A DNA stretch of 54,996 nt, from assembly GCA_051453625.1 (NCBI GenBank), contig JBOZIK010000001.1, positions 43,012,354 to 43,067,349 of the forward strand, read 5' to 3'. The notes under the pieces were generated by a model. The model was not told the DNA's origin. It searched no databases and worked only from the letters and a program-made list of their open reading frames with translations. Within the stretch, counting starts at the first letter, position 1. Each line of letters begins with the position of its first letter. Source of the stretch: Welwitschia mirabilis (lineage: Eukaryota). Positions 53,890-54,996 of the stretch are shown piece by piece. The position numbers were made by a program, and so were the translations under genes.

Positions 53890-54996
53890 TTTACTACCAA
53901 ATCGTATGTATTTGATAGGGTTTTATGAGCTATTTTGCAAGACATTTATGTAGGTTTAGATGCAAATTTGAGGATTTTAAATAATTGATAGATAATCACT
54001 AAAACATGTAATTCTTAGCATATTTAGAGGCATCTCATGTACTTTTTGGGGCTCACTGCTATGAAGTAAGATCAATGATACTAGAGCTAAACTCTTATGA
54101 GTTGGAAAGCTAAGGAGGAATTTTGTCCCCACTATCATTTCCATAACAGCCAAGAAAATAGCACTGCACATGCCAAAATACGATGCTGACTAGACTAGAA
54201 CTGGGACCAAGAGAGACCTCATTTCTAAGGGTGTCATCTTTTATGTCATCCCAACAACATGAAGGATGATAATTATAACATTTAAGCCATAATTCCCTTG
54301 GCCATCCACATGACAGCCAAGATGACATCATAACTAATCAGCCAAACTTTGTCCATTTCATCCATTTCATTTTTATAATTAAGCATGTTTTGTAATGCAT
54401 TTTGTATGTTAGTTTTGCTTTATAACCCTATAAATAAGACCTCTCTTTGACTTTTCTCTCCATATTTATTTGCACTAGACATTATCATGATAGGAGATCG
54501 AAGGGCTATAGATCTATCTTGTGATTTACATAAAGATGTTCCTTTAATGAAGGGCTATGCATGCTTCATTGAGACTCAACTATTTTGTAACCTAGATTTT
54601 GGCTTTTTCTAATACAAAGGTTTATTTTTATTTGTGCATAATAGTCCATTATATGTCCCTTATGATTTATGTTGGCCTTGATCTAGTGATAGTTTCATTG
54701 GTGATATAGGTCTTAAGGATAACCTTTGTTAAGGCTGAAAGAGAGTAGTTTTAGAATTTATTTTGCATTGCATTTAGATTTAATTGTATTTGTATTTCAT
54801 TGTATCTTTATTTATTACATTTTTTTCAACCCGTATTACCTTATTCTACTGAAAATCAATTCTTATTCTTCTCTCATAAGTCTTTAATAAGATATGATAT
54901 CTAGGTCACTCTCGTTCATACTAGAGTATACATGTAAAAATACACACCACAAAATCTTAGCACTATTGCTAGGAAAGGCTGCTAAGAATCATAAGG
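53890..54996 (+). mobile_element. Element E: 5' LTR (related to the element A LTR) plus tRNA-Asp PBS, inserted in element D; continues beyond the window
   Basis: 53919-53975 resembles 7926-7990; TATA CTATAAATAAG at ~54428; LTR end ~54954, then PBS TAGCACTATTGCTAGGAA at 54958-54975; the 5' boundary is approximate. Confidence 0.7.

Larger units (their letters stand above)
23971..53890 (-). mobile_element. Element D: chromovirus-like Ty3/gypsy remnant (3' LTR, PPT, integrase) split by element B
   Basis: Joining 53551-53890 to 25530-26733 on the minus strand gives EAHEIPYVGY...GCSVC*NIKVEQQKP|TNFSKPLEISSWK*EEITMDFI...KMVHF, followed by a GPY/F-like region. PPT AGGGGGGAAG at 25501-25510; LTR 23971-25498. 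The right boundary is approximate. Confidence 0.8.

Noticed and set aside
1-54996. CRISPR arrays, tRNA or rRNA genes, prokaryotic operons
   Set aside because: No regular repeat-spacer arrays or RNA gene folds were seen; the sequence is spliceosomal plant genomic DNA. The tRNA similarity is limited to PBS complements.

Overview
Land-plant nuclear genomic DNA; the species cannot be determined from sequence alone. A single intact gene sits in a small GC- and CpG-retaining island (~18.4-24.0 kb). It is a 5-exon cationic amino acid transporter of the plant CAT6/CAT7 clade (APC superfamily, + strand, 20609-22829, 597 aa). The rest is AT-rich, CpG-depleted, heavily decayed Ty3/gypsy LTR retrotransposon sequence that can be resolved into nested insertions. 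On the right, chromovirus-like element D is split inside its integrase by Athila-like element B (26734-53545, TSD GTGGG/ATGGG). B is split in its gag-protease linker by a three-LTR Athila-like tandem, C (37109-50967, TSD GGCAT/AACAT), and a further LTR (E) lies at the window end. On the left, a pol-less Athila-like element A is inserted in a deleted C-family copy, F. Most notable observations: (1) a ~150-190 nt non-coding block is conserved among three Athila-like families that have different LTRs and primer tRNAs (four copies: A, B, C, F); (2) the three-LTR element has a CpG-retaining 'young' patch; (3) fossil PBSs and TSDs have decayed almost entirely by C>T/G>A, including outside CpG; (4) two unrelated extra ORFs lie downstream of pol. 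All alignments and counts were done by eye.
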